A stretch of DNA of 64,000 nucleotides from Octopus bimaculoides (GCF_001194135.2 NC_068982.1:168767307-168831306), one strand, 5' to 3'. Positions 38,400-51,761 are shown, counted from the stretch's first letter. Numbers and translations are program-made. The notes: a model not told the origin generated them from the sequence alone.

Positions 38400-40315
38400 G
38401 TTGAGAGACCATTTACATGCGTGAACACATGAAAAACCTGTCTCAATCCTCGTATTTAAGAGGCGCCGTCTGCAAAATAGGATTTGATGCAATTCTTCAA
38501 GACAGAGAAAACAGAAAGAATTTCCAATCTTATAAGCAGTAGTCTTGCTTATGATTTCCCACTCTACAGAAAAACCTTTTTTCTTGTCTTTCAGGTCCCA
38601 AATAAATTTACTGAGGTTGGTACTAGAAGACTTGTTCCTATTGTTAAAGGTGTAAATATGGTTAGATATTTATCTCTTAATAAAATTTTGCAATGCCCCT
38701 ACGTAAAAGAAATTCTTATCTTCAGATTTTACTTTACATCTATAAACAACATTTTTTTGTTTACAATAATTTTTAAATAAACATTTACTTCTAACCTTGC
38801 AATCACAAAATATATTTTCATTAATACTCGTAATATTATTCTGTTTCATATCATTACCTCCAGTATATTGCTATTTACTATATCACCTATACTCAAGAGA
38901 TTGAGATGGGATTTAATTTGGGTTGTTTCCCCTTTTACACTAAACGACTCATACACGTTTCTTACTAACATTTATGCTAACAGGATTACCTTTGATGCAT
39001 TTACTACTGTTATAATTATTATAAAAACTAGATATTTTTTTTCGTTAATTGAAACAATAACCCCCGACAAGTTATTAGATACAAAAAACGCAACTTTAAG
39101 AAGTCTAGAGTTAATAATATCATAATATCTATTTTCCTTAGTAAAATGTTTAGAAAAATGTTTGTATAAGGCCCCAACCAAATTAGCCTTCATTTGCTTA
39201 GTGAATGGAATTATAAACCAAATAATGTCGTTCTTATCAGGAGATGCATTATAATTTTCAAATTTTCGAACCTTCCTAAATATAAAGGGGGTGTATTTTT
39301 TTACTCTATTATCCATATTCCTAATCGTATGAGGATGATTAGAAGAACGTAGTAATACATTAGTTGTCGTATTTTGTATATCATTTTTCTCGCTTGGACA
39401 TTTAACCTTACTTACCCCATCCTTATTCCTATACCTGGCAGTTTGTTTAAAATCTTTACTAACATGAGAAATATTCATGTTGTTAGCGATACTGATGTTC
39501 ATATTTTTAGGATGATACTTCAGTTTTTGTTTATACACAGCTTTGTTGAAAACTACAGTATAAAATTCAGCATTTTTATCAAAAATATCCTTATTAGACG
39601 ATAGATTGGAAATTCTTTTAGAGATATTATAAACCAAATATTTTTTTACAGAACTGGGATAATTACTCTCGACATTTATATACTTAATATTGGACTTAGG
39701 CTTATAGTATGGCTCATAGTTGCCAGTAATAAGATTGAGATTAATATCTAGGAAGTTAACCGATTCATGTTCATTTTCTATCGTTTTAGAAAGTCCTAAA
39801 CTCTTTTAAAATCTGTAAAATTTCTTATATAGTTCCAGTTTCCTATTAGATAGGTTCCTAATGGTAAAGAGGGCATCATCCCTATATAAACCTCCCGCAG
39901 TAACTTGGGCAGAATCCGCTGAGCCTATGGCTATATGAGAGCCATCCCTACTTGTTTTTAAACTCTACAATAGTTCTTCTGACGGCTAAAATAACATTAA
40001 TTTCATTCATATTTATATTCGAGTTACTTTTCGCGAATAAAAGGTCCTTATTTAAAACTATTTAGTTAATTGAAAAGTAATAGCTATCAATATCTACTAG
40101 CATGAATTTATTCCTACTTGTTTATTTAATGCTATTAAACCAATCTTTATACCTCATAGATATTGTACCAGAGTTGTAACAATCTTTTCTTTAGGAACCG
40201 GTATATATTTATCTAAAATAGCTTCACTAAGTTTACCCAGACCAGATTTTCGTGGGCAAATCAATCTAATTTTCGTGTTACTACAAAACTTCCCTTGCGA
40301 CCCTTTAAAATAATT
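38400..40315 (-). mobile_element. Penelope-like retroelement pseudogene (RT and GIY-YIG), about 1.9 kb, decayed
   Basis: IRLICPRKSGLGKLSEAILDKI..KFMLVDIDSYY..GLYRDD..VNFLDINLNL..YKPK..DIIWFIIPF..CDCKVRSKCLFKNYC..VVYRCKV..YVG..NLSKFIWDLK..CFLCLEE..LLNTR, with several stops. Confidence 0.9.
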
Positions 40316-40583
40316 CTCGGTCTTTTAGGAATGAAAGGTTCAGTTTTATCATACGCGTGTGTGTGTGTGTGTGTATGTATGTCTGTGTATTAGATATTTT
40401 ATATACGCGCGAGTGTAAGTTATAAGAATGTAAGTTATAAGAAATATAAGTTGTTTTCCACTTTTACTTTGTATTTCAATATTTCGGGATTAGCACTACT
40501 TTTTCAGGAAGAGGCTGATATCACAAGCTGACTTCTTAGTTATATAGGATACATACATACACAGACGCATACACACACAAACA

Positions 40584-40660
<77 letters not shown>

Positions 40661-41371
40661 NNNNNNNNNNNNNNNNNNNNNNNNNNNNNNNNNNNNNNNN
40701 NNNNNNNNNNNNNNNNNNNNNNNNNNNNNNNNNNNNNNNNNNNNNNNNNNNNNNNNNNNNNNNNNNNNNNNNNNNNNNNNNNNNNNNNNNNNNNNNNNNN
40801 NNNNNNNNNNNNNNNNNNNNNNNNNNNNNNNNNNNNNNNNNNNNNNNNNNNNNNNNNNNNNNNNNNNNNNNNNNNNNNNNNNNNNNNNNNNNNNNNNNNN
40901 NNNNNNNNNNNNNNNNNNNNNNNNNNNNNNNNNNNNNNNNNNNNNNNNNNNNNNNNNNNNNNNNNNNNNNNNNNNNNNNNNNNNNNNNNNNNNNNNNNNN
41001 NNNNNNNNNNNNNNNNNNNNNNNNNNNNNNNNNNNNNNNNNNNNNNNNNNNNNNNNNNNNNNNNNNNNNNNNNNNNNNNNNNNNNNNNNNNNNNNNNNNN
41101 NNNNNNNNNNNNNNNNNNNNNNNNNNNNNNNNNNNNNNNNNNNNNNNNNNNNNNNNNNNNNNNNNNNNNNNNNNNNNNNNNNNNNNNNNNNNNNNNNNNN
41201 NNNNNNNNNNNNNNNNNNNNNNNNNNNNNNNNNNNNNNNNNNNNNNNNNNNNNNNNNNNNNNNNNNNNNNNNNNNNNNNNNNNNNNNNNNNNNNNNNNNN
41301 NNNNNNNNNNNTATATATATAGACACACGCACACACACACACACACATACACACATATATATGCTAGTATA

Positions 41372-42207
41372 CGAGGTTTGATCAATATGTATCCGGACTG
41401 GTGCTATAAAAGCAAAACTACAACACATACCAATTTGGCATTTAATCTTCTTCGAAAGCCACACACTGAATCCAGAGTTGTTTCCATTGCTGGAACTCGT
41501 TTTCTGGGATAATTAGCAGCTGCCTCATCGCATTTCCTCGACGTCCTGAAATCTTGCTTTCGAGCGGGATTTGAATTTTGGAAATAGGAAAAAGTCGCAA
41601 GGGGCGAAATCTGAGGAATACGGTGGCTGTCGGGCCTGGGGAATGCTGTACTTAGCCAAACCTACTGCACAATATGTTGTTGGCTGAAAGCAGTTTTTAG
41701 CACAAACTTGGCAGATACGCGTCTCATACCCAAATCCTCAGTGATGATCTGAACTGAATCGTAACTAATTTGCACATCTTCTGATAACTCTTCTGATTCG
41801 ATGATTTCCCCTCACAGCTACACGCGGATCTGCGATGTTTTTCTCATTTATGCTGGTTGCAGGTCTCCTAGAAAGTTAATCACTATCGACATTTTTTCTG
41901 CTCACACACTCCTCTCCATACACTTCCTGCAACTTTGAATAGGCCTCTGCGCAGGTATCGCCAAGCTTTTTCGCAAAATTTGATGCAGATTCTCTGCTCA
42001 ACTTTCTCTGTCATGCTAAATGTGACGATCACACGCTACACACCTTCCTTCCAAGCATTGCTGCAAACAGCAGAAGTGAGCTAGAATATTAAAACTTCGT
42101 GCACAAGCATAACAGAGTTTAAGGTCAATCTGTGCCAAACGGCTTCACTCTGCGTGCTTTAGCTTCATTACTATGCCAACAGTCCCGATACTTATTGATC
42201 AAATCAC

Positions 42208-42208
<1 letters not shown>
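41372..42208 (-). mobile_element. Internally deleted mariner element with TIRs
   Basis: Left TA|cgaggtttgatcaatatgtatccggactg; right end reverse complement ..gtgatttgatcaataagtatcgggactg; minus-strand QPPYSSDFAPCDFFLFPKFK. Confidence 0.85.
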
Positions 42209-42253
<45 letters not shown>

Positions 42254-42659
42254 ATACACATGTATATGTATGTATATATATGTATGTGTGTGCGTGAATG
42301 TGTGCGTATGTGTGAGTGTGTGTGTATGCGTGTGCGCGTGCGCGCGTGTGCGCGCGTGTGTGTGTGTTTAACACGCTCATACAATATTATCTATTGTGTA
42401 TCTATTTGAAGAAGATGCTTAAGAAAAATCTACAATCTACCCTTTGTTTCTTAAGGAGAGAATAGTTACATCCGAGCCCTTTATATTTTACAAAATGTAT
42501 TTTGCATAATTAAAGCGACATGGAGCTAAGAGAAAATAATTCATATGACCAACGGTATGAAATTGGATAACACACTGATGGTGGGGAGGTGCTCAGTGTG
42601 GTCTGGAAGTAAAACCAGATTGCCACTGTTCATTCAACTGTGGAAAATTACAGGCGACA

Positions 42660-43600
42660 AAACTAGCACAAATTTCTACCTGGTTGAACGCGTTCTCGTT
42701 TTCAGCGGATTCTATATTTTGATGAGTTTTGCAAACAATTCAACAGGTTTTTTTCTTCTCAGCACACTGGACCTATCCAGAATTGTACGATAGCAATACT
42801 GGGGAATATATCGTTGCTCTCACACTCAACAGATGCAACTCAATAGTCTCATTTCTTATACTAATTTATTTGAACTTGCGCTAGTATTCCCTTCTATTGT
42901 ATTTGATATACTTGTTAGCTTTCTAAATATTTCTAAATATATCAACAATAGCTACCTGTCCGCCATCATCCAATTCAAGCTCACTAATTTTTACACCTTA
43001 ATTTCACTATTCCACCTCAGATGCTTCAAACTGGCTATCCTATTCTCTCAGTTCTTCCGATTTTGCTGATTTTGTAGAATCCATTTTTCCTCACACACCA
43101 ACTCTAAGGGCATACAGTTTTTTCTTTAATCAACTGTGCGTGCGATCCATTGCGAATCCCGCAATTTTGGCGTGACTGTCAGACATTCCATCACTCTCCT
43201 AAATACTAGAAGCTGCTCTCCAGTTTCCATCCAGCTGCTAAAACATACAAGCATCAGTAACTTCTATGGTGTCCTCTCTGTTCTCTCAACTGTTTTGGTA
43301 TTTTCTACGCCATCTCATCTCTTTTAAAAGATTTAAGAATTTCACAGCCTTTTAGTTAGAAGCTCCATAGCTCCTACATCACAACAACCAACAGCCCCAA
43401 ATGTTAGAACCAAATAATCCCAAACTAAAGTTACATATCCGCCGGTATCATAAACTGAATCACAAGCAAACGCAGTGTTGACAGTACATGAATGAAATAT
43501 CTCCTCACTTGTGTGAACGTTTTTGTAAGCATTTTTGCAAGTCTTCAATATTCCAAAGGCCAATCCTTTATTCAAGTCCAACATCCAGTCATTCCATTAA
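42660..43600 (-). mobile_element. Possible very old RTE-like LINE relic
   Basis: Purine-rich minus strand with a faint ELDDGGQVAIVDIFR motif resembling the RTE VDxFRYLG context; many stops. Confidence 0.22.
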
Positions 43601-44404
43601 TCCTTTTTTCGATGTTCGACGTTCATATCCATTTGAAGTATCACACACCAGGAAACACAAAGAACATCGCATCTTAATTTTATTGTTTTTTAGTAATATG
43701 TTATATATATGGTCAAACAGTGTATAACTATGGTTGTGTATATATTTGCATGCCAGCACGTGTAAACACCTACGCTCAAGAGCTTCGATTTCGAACGCGT
43801 ACGCGCATGCACACACACACACACAGACACACACTCACACACACACACGTGTGTGGAATGACAGTGTTAGATTGAAGGTAACGGCTTGTTCTGTAAATGT
43901 GTAATGACAAATAAGAATAGAGTGAGCAAATAATTTTACTACTTCAATTTACAATTGTTTCATCCTAATTAAAATCTAAGAAACCTAACGTCTAGATGAT
44001 CGTCTCCCTAACTATTCGACGACATTTCTCTGAAAGCATCATAAAATATTAATATCTATTTAATGAGACAAACAGCTATTAAATGTTGGTGCTGATATCA
44101 GACTTGGCAACCAACAGATAATTCCTTATCGCACCTAAATATAAAAGAAAAATGATTTTTTTTTTTACCAGTTATAAGTCTCACCACTGATTATTTTTGT
44201 ATGATATAAATGTGATCCTACAAACACGCTCATTCGTAATATGTATGTTATTCAGTGTTCTTCAAGTGAGGTTCACCATAACATTTTACACACAGTTAAT
44301 GAAGAATCTTATTCAACATGTTATTAGAGTTAACCTGAATGTTAATGATTCAGTAAAAATAAGTTAGCTGAAGAAGGTACTTGTATATATTTTTGACGGG
44401 GTGG

Positions 44405-44584
44405 GTTTATACAGAAGGATCAGTTAATTATGATTTTATTCAACATATTCCCTTCTCTGATTTACACATTTATTGCAGCGGTCTTTCAGTTTTTCTAATC
44501 CCTGTAAAAGAACTCGAAAGTCTGAGTCTTCAACCAGGCCGTCTGCAATACCCTTAAAGCCAAGAACTTTTCAGCACACCATCG
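44405..44584 (+). mobile_element. Degenerate copy of the mariner-type MITE at 54318-54533
   Basis: Shared gttaattatgattttattcaacata..ctgtaaaagaa..cttaaagcca..aacttttcagcac..tcg|TA; left TIR lost. Confidence 0.75.
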
Positions 44585-46619
44585 TATATTGTGACTAATG
44601 TCAGTATTTTTTGGCAAAACCCATTTTTTAAAAATACATATGTACTCGAAGAAATGCAATAAGTTAACGTTTTCAGAAGATCATCCTATTGAACAGGCTC
44701 GGTTTTGTCTATTAGTTGGTCCTACAAATGTATTATACAAAAATGTTTCCTCTGTGAGCTGAGACTACTCTGTCAAAATTTACCGATTATCTTCGTAATA
44801 TATACTAACAGATTTTATCTGCCTTCCCAATATTAATAGTTCTTTTGTGTGCGTCTCTCATCTTCAGTGTCTAGTCAGCAACTTTACTATGTGTCTCTCA
44901 AACCAATTAACATGAACGTACAGTAGCTTTTCATCAGCCCCTCAAACTATCTATCAAATCAATATCAAAACAATTGTATTATGACCTGTACATACTGTAT
45001 TTCTGCTCAAATTTTCAAATTTTCAAATGTGCTGTTATTATTTATTAACAGAGTATACAACTAACATTTGCAGACCGTGTATACATATACATACGTTACA
45101 TACTTACATACATGCATACATACATACATAAATAAATACATACATACATACATACATACATACACACACTAATACTTACATACATACATACATACATACG
45201 AGCATAGACACACACGCATCCACATACGTGCATGCACGCGCACACACACACACACACATACATATATACCCAAATTTTCCATCATATTCACTGACTACCT
45301 TAGTAATTATGAAATTAAAATGAGAAACATGGTAAATATCGATACATAAAAATTGAAACGGGCATTTAACATTCACGAAACATTGATTTATACATTTTAT
45401 ACTGTAACTATCATGATATAAATTCAATGTATTCAGCATAAACCTTAGTGCAAAGAATATGCCCCAGGCTATTTAACACATTTGTTGCTGCCTTTAGTGT
45501 CTGTGTGATAAGCCTGAATAGCAGTATACTCCAGGGTTTGAAAGATATTATTTCTTTAATATATCTATTTAAAAGGATTTTGTGAAAGGTTTCTCATTGA
45601 AGAAGAACATTTAAGAAGTAAAATGCTAAGAAAAGAGTGACAAAGATCTCTACTCAGCAGAGTTGTCTGCTCCGCCGCCAATCTCTCTGCTTCTTTCGTC
45701 ATTTTCACAGTGCCGCATTTCTATTGTTTGATCGATCTTGAAATTCAGTAGCTAATCTTGTCCATCAGACTATCATTAACAATCGAATATAGTCACTAGT
45801 GACTAGGAGAGGGAGATCTGAATCAGCAAAACTTGATGAGTGAGAGAAATAACAACTTTGTATGCCGTGAGACAGTTTTTCATTGGAGAATGATGAGATA
45901 TGATAGAATAGTCGATAAAAGGATAAGATAGTTTGGGGCAACAGGAATGAGTTGTAAGAGATAAAGAAGGAAAGAGAGGGAAAGAGGAAAATGTCTAGTG
46001 TAAGGGAGGTCAATAATGAGTTAGAAAAAAAATGGAAATAAGAAAAGAAAGAAAATAATAAAAATCTGCTTATAAAGAAATATTTCATATACGTATTTTC
46101 GCATAAACAGCTTTAGAGTAACTCATTTTATCTATATATTATCTGAAAGGAATCCATATAAGTTATCTGAAATAAAATCATTGTGGGGACCAGAAATCAT
46201 AAGCTATAATCATTTATAATCTAAAAATGAACATCACTGTTATTATCCTGTTTGGCAAAGGTTCTTTCTGTCATCACCTAAAAAAAATTTTTTGACAGGA
46301 CTACAATTTTTTCGTAATGATATATAGTACGTGAGTCCTAAACAAAAATAAATCAAATTTTGTTCAATGCATTTCACAAATTGTGTGGTATTAAACACAG
46401 CTTCTTTTGTTGTCGTTACAAATTATATGTGAGATATAATTCATTTAGAAATGACTTGAAGACAGTTTTCGTGTTAGTGTATTTCGAAAATCTTAAGTTG
46501 GATAGCTTCCATACTTCTCTCTAAACTATACCTAAAGAAAGGTAATGGACTAGGGCTGCAAGCTAAAGAAACTCATTCCATTTGCTTAAACTTGTAGCTC
46601 CTTATAGCTGTTGGCTGCA

Positions 46620-46800
46620 TCTGCTCATAACTGAACCAACAAGGGTCTTTACATAGTCATTCAATCTGCTAGAAATAACAGCCAAATCACTCTCAAACCA
46701 CACACCCTCGTCTTAAAAGGGACAAACTGGATAATGTGATCCTGTATTCTTAACACATAGAAAATCTATTGGATGGTCACAGCTGAAATGTCTTTAATCG
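46620..46800 (+). mobile_element. SINE-like dispersed repeat fragment; related inverted copy at ~57870-58010
   Basis: ctgctagaaataacagccaaatcactctcaaaccacac resembles the reverse complement of gtgtgattggaagattttgctcgccatttcaagc (57961-57995) and of 28526-28565. Confidence 0.5.
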
Positions 46801-47289
46801 GCCAACAACACCTGGTCCTTATATGCCTTCAGTGGGATCCACTCTGCTGGAAGCAACGTTACGAGAACCACCCTTCCTCTTTTAAGTAAGCCATGAAATA
46901 TATATATATATATATANNNNNNNNNNNNNNNNNNNNNNNNNNNNNNNNNNNNNNNNNNNNNNNNNNNNNNNNNNNNNNNNNNNNNNNNNNNNNNNNNNNN
47001 NNNNNNNNNNNNNNNNNNNNNNNNNNNNNNNNNNNNNNNNNNNNNNNNNNNNNNNNNNNNNNNNNNNNNNNNNNNNNNNNNNNNNNNNNNNNNNNNNNNN
47101 NNNNNNNNNNNNNNNNNNNNNNNNNNNNNNNNNNNNNNNNNNNNNNNNNNNNNNNNNNNNNNNNNNNNNNNNNNNNNNNNNNNNNNNNNNNNNNNNNNNN
47201 NNNNNNNNNNNNNNNNNNNNNNNNNNNNNNNNNNNNNNNNNNNNNNNNNNNNNNNNNNNNNNNNNNNNNNNNNNNNNNNNNNNNNNNNN

Positions 47290-47456
47290 GCCGAACAAAG
47301 TGTTTAACGGTATTTCGTCCGTCGCTACGTTCTGAGTTCAAATTCTGCCGAAGTAGACTTCACCTTTCATACTTTCGGGGTCAATAAAATAAGTACCAGT
47401 TGAACACTGGAGTCGATGTAATCAACTCATCTCCACTTCCCACAAGCTGCTCTTGA

Positions 47457-47535
<79 letters not shown>

Positions 47536-48190
47536 GCTTAGCGGTATTTCGTGTCTTTACATTCTGAGTTCAAATTCACCGAGGTCGACTTTGCGTTACA
47601 TCCTCTTGTGGTCGTTTAAATAAGTACCAGTTACGCACTGGGGTCAATGTAATCGACTTAATTCCTTTGTTTGTCCCCTCTATGTCTAGCCCCCTGTAGG
47701 CAATAAAGAAATAAGAATAATAATAATATTATTATTATTATTTAAGGCGACGAGCCAGCAGAAACGTTAGCGCGCTGGACGAAGTGCTTAGCGCTATTTC
47801 GCCCGTCGCTAGTTTCTGAGTTCAAATTCCGCCGAGGTCGACTTCGCCTTTCATCTTTTAGGGGTCGATAAATTAATTACCAGTTGCGCACTGGGGACGA
47901 TCAAATCGACTGGTCCCCTTCCACCAAATTTAAGGCCTTGCGCCTATAATAGAAAAGATGATGGTTATTATTATTAAGGCAGCGAGCTGGCAGAATCATT
48001 AGTACGCTGGGTGAAATGCTTAGCGGTTTTTCGCCTGTCCTTACGTCCTGAGTTCAAATTCCACCGAGGTCGACTTTGCCTTCCATCCTTTCAGGGTCAA
48101 TAAATTAAGTACCAGTTGCGTACTGGGGTCGACCTAATTGACTCTCCCACCCACCAAATTTCAGACCTTGTGCGTTTAGTAGAAAGGGTT
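47290..48190 (+). mobile_element. Head-to-tail array of four tRNA-derived SINEs (Deu/Nin-like core) separated by (TAA)n/(TTA)n
   Basis: Copies at ~47290-47457, 47532-47714, 47744-47957 and 47976-48190. Each has ctgagttcaaatt (B-box) and gaggtcgactt.gcct.tcatcc....ggtc.ataaa.taagtaccagtt. Confidence 0.9.
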
Positions 48191-48445
48191 ATTATTATTA
48201 TTATTAGTAGTAGTAGTAGTAGTAGTAGTAACTTATTTATTTTCGCTTTGAACAATATATTTCGGCATCTCGTGTGCTTTCAACAGGTTCAAAATAAATG
48301 TCAGTCTAATTCATTTTTTAGTTCATATAAAGGACTGAAGTAACTCAGCAGAAATATAATAGATAGATATAGATATATCGAAAATAAATAAGTTACTTTC
48401 GAGTTGCGCTTTTTTGTCATTAAGTTGNNNNNNNNNNTATATATA

Positions 48446-48640
48446 CTGAGAATTTACGAAAAACACAAAAGACGAAGACGGGTGTATAAACAACAAACAG
48501 ATGTATTAGTTTAACGCTTGGGAAGAAAGTCGTTTACGTTTCAAGCCTACGCTCTTCAACAGAAGGAAACACAGAAATAAACAAATAGAGAAAATAAAAA
48601 AGGTTTAGTGGCTAGCGATCTATCATGGCGCGGATTGAGA
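48446..48640 (-). mobile_element. Family B copy next to (TA)n; HHR-like motif 48532-48566
   Basis: Minus strand cctt-CTGTTGA-a-gagc(gtag)gctt-GAAA-cgta-aacg; the element may extend to ~48960. Confidence 0.7.
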
Positions 48641-49410
48641 GAAAACAGAGTAGAAAGAAACGACAATAGGAAAAAGCAGAGAGTACAAAAAGGTTTAGAA
48701 AAGTTCAAAAGGTTCAAACGTCTTGGTGATTTGGAGTGATTTATCATCAATGGAAGAGTCCAGTGTAATCTATGGTAGGTGGGAGAGGTGCAGCCGAAGT
48801 GTAGGAGTCCGAGTGTGGGAGAGTAGAAGAGCCATCCAGGTAGAATAGACTAGGAAAGGTTCGAAGTGAGATGAGGTACAGACAGGATTAACTGGCGCGA
48901 CCACGTGAGCGTGTAAAACCGTTAAGTTGATTAAAGATATCAAATTAAATGTTGATATCTTTTACATTTGTTTATTTCGTTTCAACATATATTATAAGAA
49001 TTAAAAAATTATTAAATTTATATGATAATCGGTAACCTAATCCAAATATTCGAAAATTTTATACTTGAATCTTCTTGCTATTTTCAAACTTATTTTCAAT
49101 ATCTCGATTATGTTTACGAAATTTATAACATTAGAAAGGAAAAACAAAATCCTGAGATATGAATAAACATTAATTAAATAAAAATTGATTGTATGAACCG
49201 AAGTCCTACATGATTAAATGTAACTTACAACTTTCAGATAAATACATAAAAATCTATCTCATAAATACATGTGTATATGAGCGAGAATACTACGTGCCTT
49301 AATACAATCAACCCCGAATATGTATAAATGCATATGTGTGTATGTATGTCTGTGCATACATGTATATACATACATGTGTGTACGTACGTATGTATGTATG
49401 TATGTATGTG

Positions 49411-49712
49411 AAGGCGCTTGGCTTAGTGGTTGGAATTTTCGGCTAACGATCGTACGGTCATGAGTTCAATTCCCGGAGACGCGTTGTGTCTTTGAGCAAG
49501 ACACTTTATTTTACGTTGCTCCAGTCCACTCAGCTGGCAAACATGAGTAGCACCTGTATTTCAAAGGTTCAACCTTATTACATTCTGTGTCACGTTGAAT
49601 CTCGCTGAGAACTGAGTCAAGGGTACACGTGTCCGCGAAGTGCTTAACCGCTTGCACGTTAATTTCACGAGCAGGTTGTTCCGTGGATTGAATCATCTGG
49701 GACCCTCATCGT
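49411..49712 (+). mobile_element. Near full-length tRNA-derived SINE in a (TATG)n site
   Basis: aaggcgcttggcttagtggttgg (A-box), gagttcaattccc (B-box), ttgtgtctttgagcaagacact, 3' end gtcataaccgacggagtgc. Confidence 0.85.
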
Positions 49713-50074
49713 CATAACCGACGGAGTGCTCCTATATATGTACCTACATATGTATGTATGTATGTATGTATGCATGCATGTATGTATGTATGTATGTATG
49801 TATGTATGTATGTATTCGTGTATGTATGTATGCATGCATGTATGTATGTACGTATAGTCGTTACTAGTGATTGAATTTGTTTCGTAACATGTATTATGTT
49901 TTCGCTAATTATTTTAGGTGCATATGTAGTCGCGAGCAGACATAGACATCCACCTCACTCTCTTACTCTCTCACCCAATGGTACGCTAAGAAGGGACAGT
50001 TGAAGAGAGAGACAGCTGCACCAGTACTAATATTAACAATAATGTTGATTAATAATAATGATGATGATAATAAT

Positions 50075-50268
50075 AATCCTTTCGACTAAAGGCACAAGAC
50101 CAGAAATTTCGGGGGAGGTGACTAGTCGATTACATCGTCCCCAGTGTTTCACTGGTACTTATTATATCGACCCCGAAAGGATGAAAGGCAAAGTTGCTCT
50201 TGGCGGAATTTGAACTCAGAACGTAAAGACTGACGAAATGTTGCAAAGCGTTTCTCCCAACGTGCTAA
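50075..50268 (-). mobile_element. tRNA-derived SINE (Deu/Nin-like core family)
   Basis: Reverse complement of the 47976-48190 family, flanked by TAA/TGA repeats. Confidence 0.8.
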
Positions 50269-50286
50269 ATGATGATGATGATGATG

Positions 50287-50359
<73 letters not shown>

Positions 50360-50369
50360 TAATAATAAC

Positions 50370-50840
50370 TGACATCTTACGGAGAAAGCTTGGGCACCCT
50401 GGGTATCAGAACAGGGATTTTCCAGTGTGATAGCCTATCTCCATTGCTTTTCGTTCTCTGTATGACACCCCTGACCTTGGTACTTAAGAAAATGAACCTG
50501 GGGTAACAACTAAATGAAAAATCCCAAACAATCAACCACCTCTTCTTCATGGATGATTTGAAACGGTATGGCAAAAATGAGACACAAGTGAGTTTTTGGT
50601 GGACACGATCCACTGTTTTAGTACTGATATTAGAATGGAATTCGGACTCAAGAAGTGCGGAATAATCTACCTAAAAAGAGACAAGGTACAGTGCCCAGCA
50701 GGGATAGAATTACCGAATAGAGACTTGATTAAGCAAATTGAAACGGAAGGATACAAATACCTTGGTGTACTAGTGTTCAACGCGATAATGGAGAAGGAAA
50801 TGAAAGAGTAACTGAGGATGGAGTATTTCCGAAGAACAAC
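50370..50840 (+). mobile_element. R4/Dong-like non-LTR retrotransposon RT fragment next to (TAA)n
   Basis: GIRTGIFQCDSLSPLLFVLCMTPL..INHLFFMDDLKRYGKN..DIRMEFGLKKC..GYKYLGVL. Confidence 0.85.
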
Positions 50841-51556
50841 AGCACCAACAACAACGATAATAGTAATAACATCATGTACCCGTAAACACACAAACTCGTG
50901 CGCACGCATTCTGTAGGAATATTACAGCTGCCATACCATATATTATGTAACCAGACTGAAACTCTTTCAAGTTCTGCGCATACGCTAAACACAGATGGAA
51001 GTCAAGACAGGCAAGAAATAATTTTAATTATTTATCTACATATATGTGGGGAAGTTTTATTTTCAAAGAACATCCAATGTACAACTAGATAAAATGTAAA
51101 TATGAAAACTCAGTCGATTATTCCTAGATTTCTTTTCTTATGTTTTCTTCTTTCATAGTTAAACTCCTTGTATCTACGCGTTTTACTTTGGTTAAAATGT
51201 AGGTGTATATTCGCCGTTGGAGGATATGTTCTTTTTATCTCTTTGCTACCGTCGTGTACACATTACTTTCCCCTTCTACCCACCCCCAATATGCACATGC
51301 TACTCAAACAAATAAGATATCCTTCTGCTGATCAACTATTCATGACAGGTCAAAGTATGTCAACTTATTGTTTCTACAGCAAACAATAACAATATGTTTA
51401 AAAATAAGCTGAAGTATTTTGAAGAAAAAACATCTACATGGATATCACGAAAGTTTCAATAATTTTATGTCATGTTGCTGCGTTATTCCTTATATCATTT
51501 ATTCGTGACATGTCGGCCATCAAAATAGCATGTCATCTTGAAGAGTTCGTTTTAAT

Positions 51557-51557
51557 A

Positions 51558-51624
<67 letters not shown>

Positions 51625-51761
51625 CGATGACGATGATGATGACGGCGATGACGGCGACGACGACAGCAACAACAACAACAACAACAACAACACCACCAAC
51701 AACAACAACAACAGCAACAACAACAGCAACAACAACAACAACAACAATAATAATAATGATG

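Noticed and set aside
38400-38830. Selenocysteine-type UGA recoding in the PLE GIY-YIG cysteines
   Set aside because: The conserved Cys positions read TGT/TGC; the stops seen are not at Cys sites.
43342-43584. ORF with WDYL..GCC, superficially tetraspanin-like
   Set aside because: No CCG motif, no convincing splice sites, and it lies in a purine-biased probable LINE relic.
47290-48190. Repeat-spacer-like periodicity suggesting a CRISPR array
   Set aside because: The units are ~200-bp diverged SINEs with microsatellite linkers in a eukaryotic genome; no cas genes.
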